Of a stretch of DNA of 64,000 nucleotides, positions 55,001 to 63,896 are shown in pieces. Position 1 is the first letter of the stretch, and each line of letters starts with the position of its first letter. Source of the stretch: an uncultured bacterium (GTDB lineage Bacteria; Chloroflexota; UBA5177; JANWHV01); NCBI GenBank assembly GCA_963729625.1, contig CAVSOU010000010.1:640001-704000 (forward strand). Direction: 5' to 3'. The notes under the pieces were generated by a model, which saw nothing but the letters and a program-made list of their open reading frames with translations, had not been told where the DNA came from and ran no database searches. A program made the translations under genes and the position numbers.

Positions 55001-55231
55001 CAGCGCTGGACCTGGCAGATCTACGACTGGACGACCAACTCCTACGTCACCCTGGGTGACAATACCGGTGCCTCTGACTGGGTGTGGTCACCGCTGAGCT
55101 TCAACGCAAGCGGCACGCTGGCCCACTACGTCAACAGCGCGGGGCAGATCCAAATCGGGCTCGTCGCCAACAACGCGTCCGACAACTGCGACCTGGACTA
55201 CGAAGCAATGGTAGTGGGCCACGGTACGTAG
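52016..55231 (+). CDS. Secreted Agd3-like (CE18) polysaccharide deacetylase with Thr-rich linker and C-terminal beta-rich putative carbohydrate-binding domain
   Basis: Signal peptide; GLFLGQRHVYLSPQADDFFI, WISHTYDH, IPRHPTNLYYNV and MFHVANLR match Agd3-family motifs as recalled. Confidence 0.75.
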   Translation: MGSALRIALGFLLVSLTVTSKGLAQPGLPRASTMASATSTHMLHRQLETGPLPVTAGGSHRLVYVPLPGAPAQPTGESFAAPHAATAGPLALTAPAACQAPASVQTIALKLLVIAADGTEADLPAIKQSLDYMGTPYDVYVAAQHPNGLTSAVLWNGAQGRYQGVILTEGNLTYFNGSAYVSALSATEWGNLWSYAATFCIRILSWYTYPSPSYGFNFPSGADANPVAATFTANGQQVFGNYVNTTVPLTIGTSLPGSGAWVYHATVASDGLSTPLLTDAAGNALSVVHTDPISGYQTLALAFDSNAFLTHNLVLAYGLVNWVTQGLFLGQRHVYLSPQADDFFIDDDEWLLKHPTSGGPYPACSAATDAPGNATYRMTGADLTTFDGWLKGVHGQPITANLGFSFAFNGVGAADPTDWGLVSLPDSLVAALPTAQSDFSWISHTYDHGNLNLPFPTDTNLTYTQELTLNDQEATSLKLTNYNRDDMVNPEYSGMSNPDFLSVAVGYGMRYIVGDTSHTGADASDPDPANYSSLPPNAGIYNTYQPIILTIPRHPTNLYYNVTSPGEWLAEDNCLYPSGADGHVSTYAQLVDRESSVLLTYMLKGDIDPLMFHVANLRAYDPAGDSLMSDLLNATLTKYKGYFTLPIVSPNMDGIGQQMAARMQYNGGGISGFVTRDSTGVWQTITISGTTAAVVPVTGLDATGNELYGGQNISHLALAAGQTLSCSLSTGICGTIPVPPTSTSTPIPVPPTSTVTRTGTPTSTATSTPMSPTSTATRTSTATATRTGTPTSTATSTPVSPTSTATRTGTPTATRTGTLTSTATSTPMSPTSTATRTSTSTATRTGTLTPVPPTSTSTATRTGTATATRTSTSTATGTAGAVPTSTVTSTPSATRTIAPTLTATSTPGAAGSLTLTPVSYTTTSGSSGGQAVSALWVKDQSGTQDTWNDYVEFDTTSASPYYSGYRTYTLPSSVSPSSLTSLQVQTNFIGQAVTAQRWTWQIYDWTTNSYVTLGDNTGASDWVWSPLSFNASGTLAHYVNSAGQIQIGLVANNASDNCDLDYEAMVVGHGT
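54221..54740 (+). repeat. Imperfect coding tandem repeats (PTSTATRTGT / PTSTATSTP)
   Basis: Recurrent CCCACCAGTACGGC and ACGCGCACCGGCACG units. Confidence 0.9.
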
Positions 55232-55540
55232 CCACGGATGTGCTTGTCTGCATCTATATCGCCGCCGTGACCAGTCGCGAGCCGTGTGGCTGCGCGCCTC
55301 CCGCCCCAACCGTGGTCCCGGCTAGTACTATCATCACCTTGATTCCACCCGGCCAATAGCTCGCGGGCCAAGCAGTCTGGGCAACAACCTTTGCTATGCA
55401 TTGGCGTAACCACTTTCCTGCCTTGGCTGCCGCGGTGATGCGGGAGGTCTATCGCTCCCCCAATCCCACCTGGCTTGCACGCAAGGTGGCTGTATCCTGG
55501 CACGTCACCGTCATCCCACATTCCGCACCCCCTTAAGCCA

Positions 55541-55650
55541 GGACCAGCTAATTGCCTTCCGCAGGGGCGCCGGCGACTTGCCGGGGCTGCCCTGGCCCTC
55601 ACCGTGGGGTTGGGCGGACCAGCGAATTGCCTTCCGCGGGCGCTGGCGAC
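55541..55650. repeat. Two near-identical 35-37-nt hairpin-forming repeats, 75-nt period
   Basis: GGACCAGCTAATTGCCTTCCGCAGGGGCGCCGGCGAC and GGACCAGCGAATTGCCTTCCGCGGGCGCTGGCGAC. Confidence 0.8.
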
Positions 55651-56182
55651 CCGATACTGTGCCGTTTCGGCTCCTGAACGGCTCAGCTTCCCCGCTCGCC
55701 AGCGTAGAGCCGGCTCGATTCCCCGTTCGGGGGGTCCACGTTCGGGTATCGGAGAAACCTTGTGGTCGCGCGAGAATGCGGGATAGAGGCGCAAACAAAC
55801 TCTGCGGCGTACCCAGAGATGGGGACGACGCGCCAAGGAGTGAACAGTGCAACCACGCCGATGGCAGTCTGTGTGGTGGCCCGGATCCGCTGCGATTCAC
55901 ACGCAGCAAGCCGGGAACCGCCAGACGTGCTGCGGCCTGACGGTTCCCACGAGACACCTGTACTGGCCTGACGGCTGCACCAAGGGCAGGCTAAGTTGGT
56001 GCCGTAGCTGCATCGTCTCCTCGCACGTTGCTGTTGCGAGCCACGTCCTGAGCCTCGATCAACTGCAGTGAGCCGCGCGTGTTAGGACCGGGGCACGCGA
56101 TGGGGCTTGGTCGATTGGCCGAAACCACGGGCATCACTCGCCAGGCGTTGCTCGAGGGCTAGGCTGAACATCTGTTCTCTGT

Positions 56183-56446
56183 TCAGCCGATCCGGCGGAG
56201 CAGGCGGGCGCGCTCGGGTGCGATGCGCCATAGGAAGCGGCTGCGAATGGCCGCTGTCGGTTCCTTGCCCAGGCCCCTGCTGTACTCTTCGAGCAGTGCC
56301 AGGGCCATGCTGTCGAAGTTGCGGCCGAGCCAGGCGCGGCGCTCGGCAGAGCTCCACTGCGCGAAGGCGTCCGGCCTTTCCTGGGCGTGTTCGAGGACGG
56401 CGGCGGCCTGCAAGACAATGTTCGTAGTGTCGGAGAAGTCGTCCAC
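56183..56446 (-). CDS. Hypothetical protein (87 aa)
   Basis: SD GGGAGG before GTG 56446; helical protein-like sequence. Confidence 0.55.
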   Translation of the reverse strand: MDDFSDTTNIVLQAAAVLEHAQERPDAFAQWSSAERRAWLGRNFDSMALALLEEYSRGLGKEPTAAIRSRFLWRIAPERARLLRRIG

Positions 56447-56653
56447 GGCTAAGTCCTCCCTCTGCACGCTGCGACGGGCCGCCCTGGCACTTCTACAGTA
56501 GCAGGCTGAGCGGGACGGGGCCACGCGCTTGGTGCATAACATGAGTATCGCCGCGCTGTGCTATGCTATTGGAACCAGTCCAGGGTGCTGGACCGGAAGA
56601 ATTTCTCGGCCACGATGTGGTGGCCGGCATTTCAGCACACAAGGAGGTGTGTT

Positions 56654-56872
56654 ATGCATCCAATGACCCTGCGTGGCGGCACGCCAGTCCCGGCAGGTGT
56701 CTATCGGCAGTTGCACAGCGGACGGTTGGTGTACCTCGGCATCCCCAGCACACTGCCAGGCCAGAGCAACTCTGACTTCTATGTCAAGGTGCCGGCAGCG
56801 GCGCTGTTTGGCACGGGAGTGAGCCAAACTCCGTACTTCCATGCAGCGGAGCATCAGGCGAAGAGCAACTGA
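56654..56872 (+). CDS. Small hypothetical protein, possibly YjzC-like
   Basis: Perfect SD AAGGAGGT; GTPVPAGVYRQ...V.L...LP pattern; extended -10 TGcTATGCT at about 56559. Confidence 0.65.
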   Translation: MHPMTLRGGTPVPAGVYRQLHSGRLVYLGIPSTLPGQSNSDFYVKVPAAALFGTGVSQTPYFHAAEHQAKSN

Positions 56873-56934
56873 AACCTGGCCCGACTCGTCACATCAAGGT
56901 CACGCCGCGAATGGGCGTGGCCTCGGCGGGACGT

Positions 56935-56966
56935 GGCGAACGGGCTTCGGTTGAAGCCCGTTCGCC
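56935..56966. terminator. Perfect 14-bp hairpin between convergent genes
   Basis: GGCGAACGGGCTTC-GGTT-GAAGCCCGTTCGCC. Confidence 0.6.
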
Positions 56967-57118
56967 GCTTCGTGTGTAGTCTGGCTGCGGACAGTGAACG
57001 CCGCTAAGGTGAAGCCTCGACGAGACCTCCATGGACGCGTACGACCCTGGGCCGCGGGCGTCTCGCCCGCCCTCGTTTGGCCGCCGGCACACCTGCGATC
57101 GGCCACTACGGGTATAGC

Positions 57119-59278
57119 CTAGGTCAGCGGGGCGAGCAGTTCGCGGTAGACCGGGATAGGCCACGCGTCGGCGGCGGTAGTTTCCTCCAGTTGGTCGAGC
57201 ACCGACCGCAGGTTCTCCTGAGCCTGGCGTACAGAAGTGCCGAATGCTTCCGTGCGGTCATGTTGCGAATCCGCCTCTTCGGCATGGGCCAGTGCGGTCC
57301 TGAGCGCCGCCAGCCGTTCCTGGGCGATGCCGGCCAGGCAGCTCTGTGCTTGCAGCGCGGCCTTGAGCTGTGCCGGAACCTCCACACCGGCCTGGTCGAG
57401 CTGCACGAGCGCATTGGCCCGGCGCCGCAGATCTTCGATCACTGCAGGGAGGATCAAGGTCTCCCCCATCTGGCGCAGCACCTGCGCCTCGATGGAGATC
57501 GCCTTCTGGTATTGCTCGTGGTAGATGTGAATGCGAGAGGCCACTTCCTCCGCGCTGAAGATGCCCTCACGAATCAGCACCGCCTGCGCAGCCGGCTCCT
57601 CGTAGATCTTCAGAGCCGCGACCGTGTCCCGGGCATGCGGTAGGCCGCGTCGCTCCGCCTCTTGCTTCCATTCCTCAGCGTAGCCGTTTCCCTCAAAACG
57701 CACGGCCTTTGTCTCGGTAATAGCCTTGCGAATCACGTCGATCGCGGCGACCTCTCGAGCCACGCCCGCGGCAAGCTCTGCCTTCATCTGGACGTTCAGC
57801 TCATCCAGCGCTTCCGCCATGGCCGCGTTGAGTATGGTCAACGGCCGAGCTATCGGTTGGCTGCTTCCCACCGCACGGAACTCAAACTTGTTGCCCGTGA
57901 ATGCGAAGGCGCCGGTGCGGTTGCGGTCCGTGGCGTCCTTTAGCACCTGAGGAAGATTTGCCAGATGAATGCTCAACCTGACCTTGCCGCGCTCATCCAC
58001 GACGTCGCCCGCTTCTACCGCATCCAGCACGCGGTTGAGCTGCTCGCCCAGGTAGACCGACATGATCGCGGGAGGAGCTTCGTTGGCGCCCAGGCGGTGA
58101 TCATTGCCGGCCGAAGCGATGGAGGCGCGCAGGAGCCCACCGTGGCGGTGCAGCGCCTTCACGCACGCAACGAGAAAGTACAGGAACTGCAGGTTTTCCT
58201 GCGGCGACTGACTGGGCTCCAGAAGATTGTGCCCTTCATCCGTGGCAAGGCTCCAGTTCACATGCTTGCCGCTGCCGTTGATGCCGGCGAAGGGCTTCTC
58301 ATGCAGCAGCGCGGCAAGGTGGTGGCGCTCGGCCACGGTGGTCATGATCTCCATCAGCATTTGGTTGTGGTCGAACGCAAGCGCAGCCGGCTCATAGATT
58401 GGCGCGATCTCGAACTGGTTCGGCGCGACTTCGTTGTGTCGGGTTTTCACCGGGATGCCCAGTTTGAATGCCTCCAGCTCGACTTCCTGCATGTAGGCCA
58501 GTACGCGCTCCTTAATGTTGCCGAAGTAGTGGTCCTCCAGCTCCTGACCCTTGGGAGGACGCGCGCCCTGGAGGGTTCGGTTGGCGAAAAGCAAGTCCGG
58601 ACGCCGCTGCGCAAGCGCCAGGTCAACCAGGAAGTACTCCTGCTCCGGACCACACTGCGCGGTGACGCGGGAAGCTGCAGTGCCGAAGAATTCCAGGGCG
58701 CTAAGGGCGGCCTTGTTCACTACTTCGATCGAGCGAAGCAGGGGCAGCTTGTAGTCGAGTGCCTCACCGTTGTAGCCGATGAAGGCCGTCGGTATGCAAA
58801 GCGTGCTGCCCAGCGGCCCTTCCTTGATAAAGGCCGGGCTGGCCGGGTCCCACATCGTGTAGCCGCGAGCCTCGAACGTGGCCCGCAGACCGCCGCTGGG
58901 GAAGGAGCTGGCATCGGGCTCACCCTGTGTCAGCTGGCTGCCGGAAAAGCGCTCGATGACCGTGCCAGGCTCGTCCCAGGCGATGAACGCATCATGCTTC
59001 TCAGCCGTGGCGCCGGTCAACGGCGCGAACCAGTGCGTAAAGTGCGTGACTCCCCTTTCCGCGGCCCACTCCTTCATGGCCTGGGCAACAGCATCGGCCA
59101 CGTCTGGAGTAAGCGACGTGCCGTGCTTCAAACACTTCTTGAATGCCTGATACACGTCCGCAGGCAGTCTCTCGCGGGCAGTTTCCTCATTGAAGGTGTT
59201 GATGCCGAAATACCCGCTGACTTTCGCCTGATCCAGCCTTCTGATCTGCTGGATACTGCCCCGCAGCGCTTCAACCAT
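57119..59278 (-). CDS. glnA: Glutamine synthetase type III
   Basis: THFTHWFAPLTGATAEKHDAF, GEPDASSFPSGGLRATFEARGY, HEKPFAGINGSGKH, HRLGANEAPP, DRNRT; about 720 aa. Confidence 0.95.
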   Translation of the reverse strand: MVEALRGSIQQIRRLDQAKVSGYFGINTFNEETARERLPADVYQAFKKCLKHGTSLTPDVADAVAQAMKEWAAERGVTHFTHWFAPLTGATAEKHDAFIAWDEPGTVIERFSGSQLTQGEPDASSFPSGGLRATFEARGYTMWDPASPAFIKEGPLGSTLCIPTAFIGYNGEALDYKLPLLRSIEVVNKAALSALEFFGTAASRVTAQCGPEQEYFLVDLALAQRRPDLLFANRTLQGARPPKGQELEDHYFGNIKERVLAYMQEVELEAFKLGIPVKTRHNEVAPNQFEIAPIYEPAALAFDHNQMLMEIMTTVAERHHLAALLHEKPFAGINGSGKHVNWSLATDEGHNLLEPSQSPQENLQFLYFLVACVKALHRHGGLLRASIASAGNDHRLGANEAPPAIMSVYLGEQLNRVLDAVEAGDVVDERGKVRLSIHLANLPQVLKDATDRNRTGAFAFTGNKFEFRAVGSSQPIARPLTILNAAMAEALDELNVQMKAELAAGVAREVAAIDVIRKAITETKAVRFEGNGYAEEWKQEAERRGLPHARDTVAALKIYEEPAAQAVLIREGIFSAEEVASRIHIYHEQYQKAISIEAQVLRQMGETLILPAVIEDLRRRANALVQLDQAGVEVPAQLKAALQAQSCLAGIAQERLAALRTALAHAEEADSQHDRTEAFGTSVRQAQENLRSVLDQLEETTAADAWPIPVYRELLAPLT

Positions 59279-59401
59279 ACGCCCCCTCCGGTAGCTATTA
59301 GGAGCAGACCTGGACATGGCCTGTGGCGGCACACACACATAGGGGCGTGCCGCTTACGGGCTCTAGAGTACCCGCCGCCCCTGCACTCTGCCAAGGATCG
59401 G

Positions 59402-60268
59402 CTAGTTCAGCCCATCCACAATCCGCCGTAGTCCCAGAATGCTCTGCTCCACAACCGAGCGCTCGTCGAAGCGGTATCGCGGGTGCAGGTGATCGATTTC
59501 CACGGCCAGCAGACCGGCATATCCTGCAGCCTTGAGCAATCCGAGAATCGCCGCGAGATCCACCAATCCGTCGCCAACCGGCGCGCTGGAAAAGAAGTAC
59601 CAGTCTGCCGGAGACACCTCGTCGCGCACCGTCAGATCTTTGATGTGCGTGGCAAACGTATGCTTTGCCAGCTTCTGCATGGCCCGCACAGGGTCGTCGA
59701 GCACGCGAGGAAAGTTGCCGGTGTCGAACGTTACTCCAAAGTATGGTGAGCCGACTGCCTCGACCAGCCAGAGCATCTCATCCGCAGTGTAGTCACCATG
59801 GTTCTCCGCCGCCAGCCTCACATCGTGGTGGCGGGCCACCTCGACGGCCTCTATGTACCAACGCGCCAAAATCTCCAGCCGTGGCTGGCGTGGCGTCTTG
59901 CGGTAATCCATCGAGCCGGGCCCGGGCGTCACGCGCATGACGCTCGCTCCGATCAGCGCGGCATTCCGGATCTGGGCAAGCATGTCGTCGAATGCGCCGC
60001 GATTCGTGCCGTCCTCCAAGCCGCTCGGATGTCCCCACGCGTAAACGCGATCAAACCCGTAATCGTCCAACTGCACTTTCAGGTCGCGTAGCCAACGTTC
60101 TTCCATACTGGGCAGGAAGCACGATTCCAGAGACACGCCGTCGACCTTCAGCTCGTTGGCAAACACAAGGAAGTCACCCACGGTCATGGGCGCCGCGGGC
60201 ACCGGCGTACCGTCGTACACTTCACCAAAGAAGCGGTGAAAGCAATAGCTGTCGATACCGATTTTCAC
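59402..60268 (-). CDS. Sugar phosphate isomerase/epimerase (xylose-isomerase-like TIM barrel)
   Basis: AENH, FDTGN, THIKD, G.G.VD and VEID metal-binding motifs. Confidence 0.9.
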   Translation of the reverse strand: MKIGIDSYCFHRFFGEVYDGTPVPAAPMTVGDFLVFANELKVDGVSLESCFLPSMEERWLRDLKVQLDDYGFDRVYAWGHPSGLEDGTNRGAFDDMLAQIRNAALIGASVMRVTPGPGSMDYRKTPRQPRLEILARWYIEAVEVARHHDVRLAAENHGDYTADEMLWLVEAVGSPYFGVTFDTGNFPRVLDDPVRAMQKLAKHTFATHIKDLTVRDEVSPADWYFFSSAPVGDGLVDLAAILGLLKAAGYAGLLAVEIDHLHPRYRFDERSVVEQSILGLRRIVDGLN

Positions 60269-60418
60269 GATCCCACCCTTCGTCCACCGTTTCAGTGTGC
60301 ATCCGGTCCCACTGCTCGTGCCTCGCCCAACCACCGCGGAAGCATGGGGGAGTGTGCTGACGTGCGCGTGCTCCCGGTTGATGATGTAATCGCTGCTACC
60401 TCCGGATGGGTCGCGACG

Positions 60419-61513
60419 TCACACGGGCGCCACGGTCACCGCGTCCGTTGCTACGAGACCTTCCTCGCAGACCAGCCCGATGCCGCCGCAAGTCAGCGGC
60501 CGATCGCCGTCGACGACGTCAAAGATCTGTTCGTCATCCACCCAGGCGCGTATTCGGTCCCCTCCCAGCTCCAGGCGCAAGCCATAGGGGCGTCCGAGCT
60601 CCCAGGCGACGCTTGACTCCGCCAGCACTGCCTCGCCTTCAAAGCGCTTCACCAGCCGCACGTTGCCTTCCTGGTGCAGCACAAGCGCATAGTACCGCTC
60701 CATCCCTTGTACACGTGCGGCGAGGCCGAACGCCGAGGCCAAATGCGGCGTGAGGGTGGTCGCAACCTGATAGTCTGTCCACTCACGCGCGCCGGTAATC
60801 AGCAGGCCGCGCCCACGATTCTGCATGAGCCGGTAGGACTCCGGCCACTCTGGATGGGGGAATTGCTGGTCGAGGCCGTCCACCCAGGCCCGAAGCCACA
60901 TCGTGCCCCTGGCCGCGGGCCGCGTCAATGTCACCCGTGGCGCACCGCCCCAGCCCAGATAGTCGAGATACACAATACCGGCCGCGTCAGAGGTCGCCCG
61001 CGCCTCCACACCCACCGTGGCGATCGGCTGGCCATCGGTCTCAGGGATCCGCCACGCGAGCACGTGCTCGCCGCCGGGGATCAGCGACGCAGCCGATCCT
61101 CGGTGCGTCATCAGTACGTCGTATGCGCCATATGTCTGCACGACCACGCACACGACCACCGGCACTGCATTCGCATCATCCGCCGAGAGCCGCGCCTGCA
61201 AGTGCTGCCCGGCGTATAGTGTGGGATCGATCAGGTAGTTGAGCCAGGTCTGGCCAATCTGAGCCTGCGTGAGGTCGCGCGAGATGCCGTAATCTTCGAG
61301 AGCGCGGAGGAACGTAAAGGTGCCGCCGATGTCGTCGTCTGGGACCACGACGGGCACACCGCACCGCGCGTTCACGTAGTAGCCGATCTCGCCCAGTTCG
61401 GCCATGATGCGCTCCTAGCTCCACATTTCAACCGGCCGGCCGAGGTAGACGCCGATGATCTTGCCGAGCACGCCGGCGTACACGCGTTCCAGATAATCTG
61501 AAGGCACGGGCAT
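60419..61513 (-). pseudogene. ADP-ribosylglycohydrolase-family gene with in-frame stop and apparent large internal deletion
   Basis: MPVPSDYLERVYAGVLGKIIGVYLGRPVE, TAG at 61415-61417, then PDDDIGGTF...WLNYLI abruptly joined to C-terminal beta domains. Confidence 0.8.
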
Positions 61514-61633
61514 TGTCATTTCCTTTCACGCACGCCGCACGGGCCTGCCGGCCGAAAGTCCGACGGGCAGAATCGCCCGTCGGGTAGCGATTTGCGTCGA
61601 GAATGCCAGGCCGCGAGGCCGGGTCAAACCGTG

Positions 61634-62218
61634 CTATGCCGAATCGCGTAACACCAGGGTCGTAGGGATCATGAGATGCGCGTGTGTTTGCGGATGCCCG
61701 TCGATATGCTGAAGCAGCAGCCCGGCCGCAAGCTGGCCAGCTTCGTAGGCCGGCTGGCGCACGGTTGCGAGTGCCGGCTCGACGATCTCTGCCTCGTCGA
61801 TGTCGTCGTATCCGACCACCGCCACATCCTGCGGTATGCGCAAGCCACGTTTCCTGAGCATGCGCATTGCGCCAATGGCCATCAAGTCGTTTGCGGCCGA
61901 GACAGCGTCGAAGGTGACACCGCTGTCGAGCAGCGTGAGCATCGCCTGCTCGCCGCCGGTACGTTTGAAGTCCGCGGTTACCCGCAATTGTGGATCGGCT
62001 GGAATGCCGAACTTCAGGTGAGCGGCGAGATACCCCGCATGCCGCCGGTCTGATGCCGGAGTGTCGGAGAGGCCGCCAATGAAAGCAATGCGCCGCCGCC
62101 CGTGCTCAAGCAAGTGCAGGACCGCCTGTTCAACTCCTCCCGCGTCGTCATGAGAGATTGAAGCAATCTCGATGTTGCCGACCTTTGGGCCGATCACCAC
62201 AATCGGTATGTCGCCGCC
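61634..62218 (-). pseudogene. LacI-family regulator, ligand-binding half only (HTH missing)
   Basis: HLLEHGRRRIAFIGG, ANDLMAIG, IPQDVAVVGYDD, LATVRQP; upstream frame shows no LacI HTH. Confidence 0.8.
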
Positions 62219-62402
62219 GCAGATTGCCGCCGATGCACCACCGGACGAGGGCGGGCTGAAGTCCGCTGCCAGGCTGCCAGTGAGTCTCCCCTGTGAACTT
62301 CGGGGTTTCAAGGGAGGTCCCAGCATTCAGGTACGCCATTGGGCGTATCCTCGGGTAGTCTGAAACCGCTCTGTCTGGTAGGCTAGGATCTTCGGATAAC
62401 GC

Positions 62403-63896
62403 ATGTCAGCGTGCAGGAGCCCATCCGTGGCAGAGCGTCCGCTGGAACATGGTGATGGGCCCGCGAACCGCGCGCTCCAGCATCCCCGTGTCGTGCGCTG
62501 GTGCCTGGCGCTGGCGCTGATCCTCGTCAGTGGCGGTGGGGCCGGCTTTGACGGCGTGCCCCAGACATCATCGTTTGGCGTCCCGGTCCGCGTCTGGCTT
62601 ACCACTGCCGACCTCACGAGTGCTCTCTCACCGCAGCCGAGTCGACGCTTCGTGCGTGATCTGGGCGCCGACACTGGTGCCATTACAGTCAACGACCATA
62701 TCACGTTTCAGCAGATGGATGGCTTCGGCGCGGCGATGACCGACACGTCGGCCTGGCTGATTTCATACCAACTCGACAGAGCGGCACGTGCGAGCCTGCT
62801 TCAGGCTTTGTTCAGCCCGTCCAACGGGATAGGGATTGACTGGGTCCGCGTTCCGATGGGCTCATCAGACTACACACACGACCACTATTATTCCTATGAC
62901 GATAACGGCGGAATGCCCGACCCGAGCCTCGCCAACTTCTCGATACAGCACGACCTGGCGTACATCGTTCCTGTGCTTCGGCAGGCACTGCGTAGCAATC
63001 CGGCGATCAAGTTCAATTCGAACCCATGGAGTCCGCCCGCCTGGATGAAAAGCAACCAGAGCATGATCAATGGCGGCCGGCTGCTACCACAGTATTACGC
63101 GTCGCTGGCTCAGTACTTTGTGCGGTTCCTTCAGGCGTACCAGGCGCTAGGTCTCACCATGTATGCCATCCAGCCGCAGAACGAGCCCCTTGCACAAACC
63201 AGCTATCCGAGCATGTACTGGCCGGCGGTAGACGAAGCGCGCTTCATAGCGAACAACTTGGGGCCGGCTCTCGCCGCGGCCCACCTGCATCCACGGATCC
63301 TGGGCTACGATCACAACTGGGACCAGCCGGGTTATGCTGAAACGCTGCTCAGTAATGCAGCCGCCGCACCGTACCTGGCCGGGACCGCCTGGCACACGTA
63401 TTCCGGCACATCCAGCGCCATGTCGGTTGTCCATGGGCTCTTCCCCAGCAAAGACAGTTACGAAACGGAGTCGTCCGTGGCGAACCCAGCCGACCTCTTC
63501 ATCAACGCCGCTCGAAACTGGTCGCGATCGGGCGTTATGTGGAACATCGCGCTTGATACGCACGGCGGCCCGCTGCCCAACAACGTGGGCTGCGTCGGCT
63601 GCATCGGCCTGGCCACCGTCGATGGGGCCGCGGGGACGTATTCGCTCACGCGCTACTACTACCAGATCGGGCATTTCAGCAAGTTCGTGTTGCCGGGCGC
63701 TTACCGCATCGACTCTTCGTCGTTCAATGGCAACCTGGAGGACGCTGCATTCAGGAACCCAAGTGGATCGATGGTCTTGGTCGCGTACAACGCGTCGAGC
63801 ACGATCCGCAATTTCAAGGTGGTCTGGGGCGGCGAGTCATTTCACGCAACATTGCCGGCAGGCGCGATCGCCACGTTCGCGTGGAACGGCTCATGA
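62403..63896 (+). CDS. Secreted glycoside hydrolase family 30 (glucosylceramidase / beta-1,6-glucanase-like)
   Basis: FQQMDGFGAAMTD, RVPMGSSD, PWSPPAWMK, QNEP (acid/base), YDHNWD, ETE (nucleophile), GHFSKFV. Confidence 0.92.
   Translation: MSACRSPSVAERPLEHGDGPANRALQHPRVVRWCLALALILVSGGGAGFDGVPQTSSFGVPVRVWLTTADLTSALSPQPSRRFVRDLGADTGAITVNDHITFQQMDGFGAAMTDTSAWLISYQLDRAARASLLQALFSPSNGIGIDWVRVPMGSSDYTHDHYYSYDDNGGMPDPSLANFSIQHDLAYIVPVLRQALRSNPAIKFNSNPWSPPAWMKSNQSMINGGRLLPQYYASLAQYFVRFLQAYQALGLTMYAIQPQNEPLAQTSYPSMYWPAVDEARFIANNLGPALAAAHLHPRILGYDHNWDQPGYAETLLSNAAAAPYLAGTAWHTYSGTSSAMSVVHGLFPSKDSYETESSVANPADLFINAARNWSRSGVMWNIALDTHGGPLPNNVGCVGCIGLATVDGAAGTYSLTRYYYQIGHFSKFVLPGAYRIDSSSFNGNLEDAAFRNPSGSMVLVAYNASSTIRNFKVVWGGESFHATLPAGAIATFAWNGS

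Noticed and set aside
55541-55650. CRISPR mini-array (repeat, 38 nt, repeat)
   Set aside because: Only two non-identical repeats, no GAAAC-type end, the spacer is itself a hairpin, and no cas genes are in the window
55700-55740. attR copy of the tRNA-Gly 3' end
   Set aside because: Only loose resemblance (GGCTCGATTCCC...TCCA); no exact direct repeat
57965-59431. 488-aa plus-strand ORF, and similar long antisense ORFs over valS, gyrB and ecfA
   Set aside because: Shadow frames typical of high-GC genes; the opposite strand carries the conserved protein
61415-61417. Pyrrolysine or amber readthrough in the ADP-ribosylglycohydrolase-like gene
   Set aside because: Simplest explanation is a nonsense mutation (likely from a Tyr codon); the gene also has an apparent deletion and no pyl genes are visible
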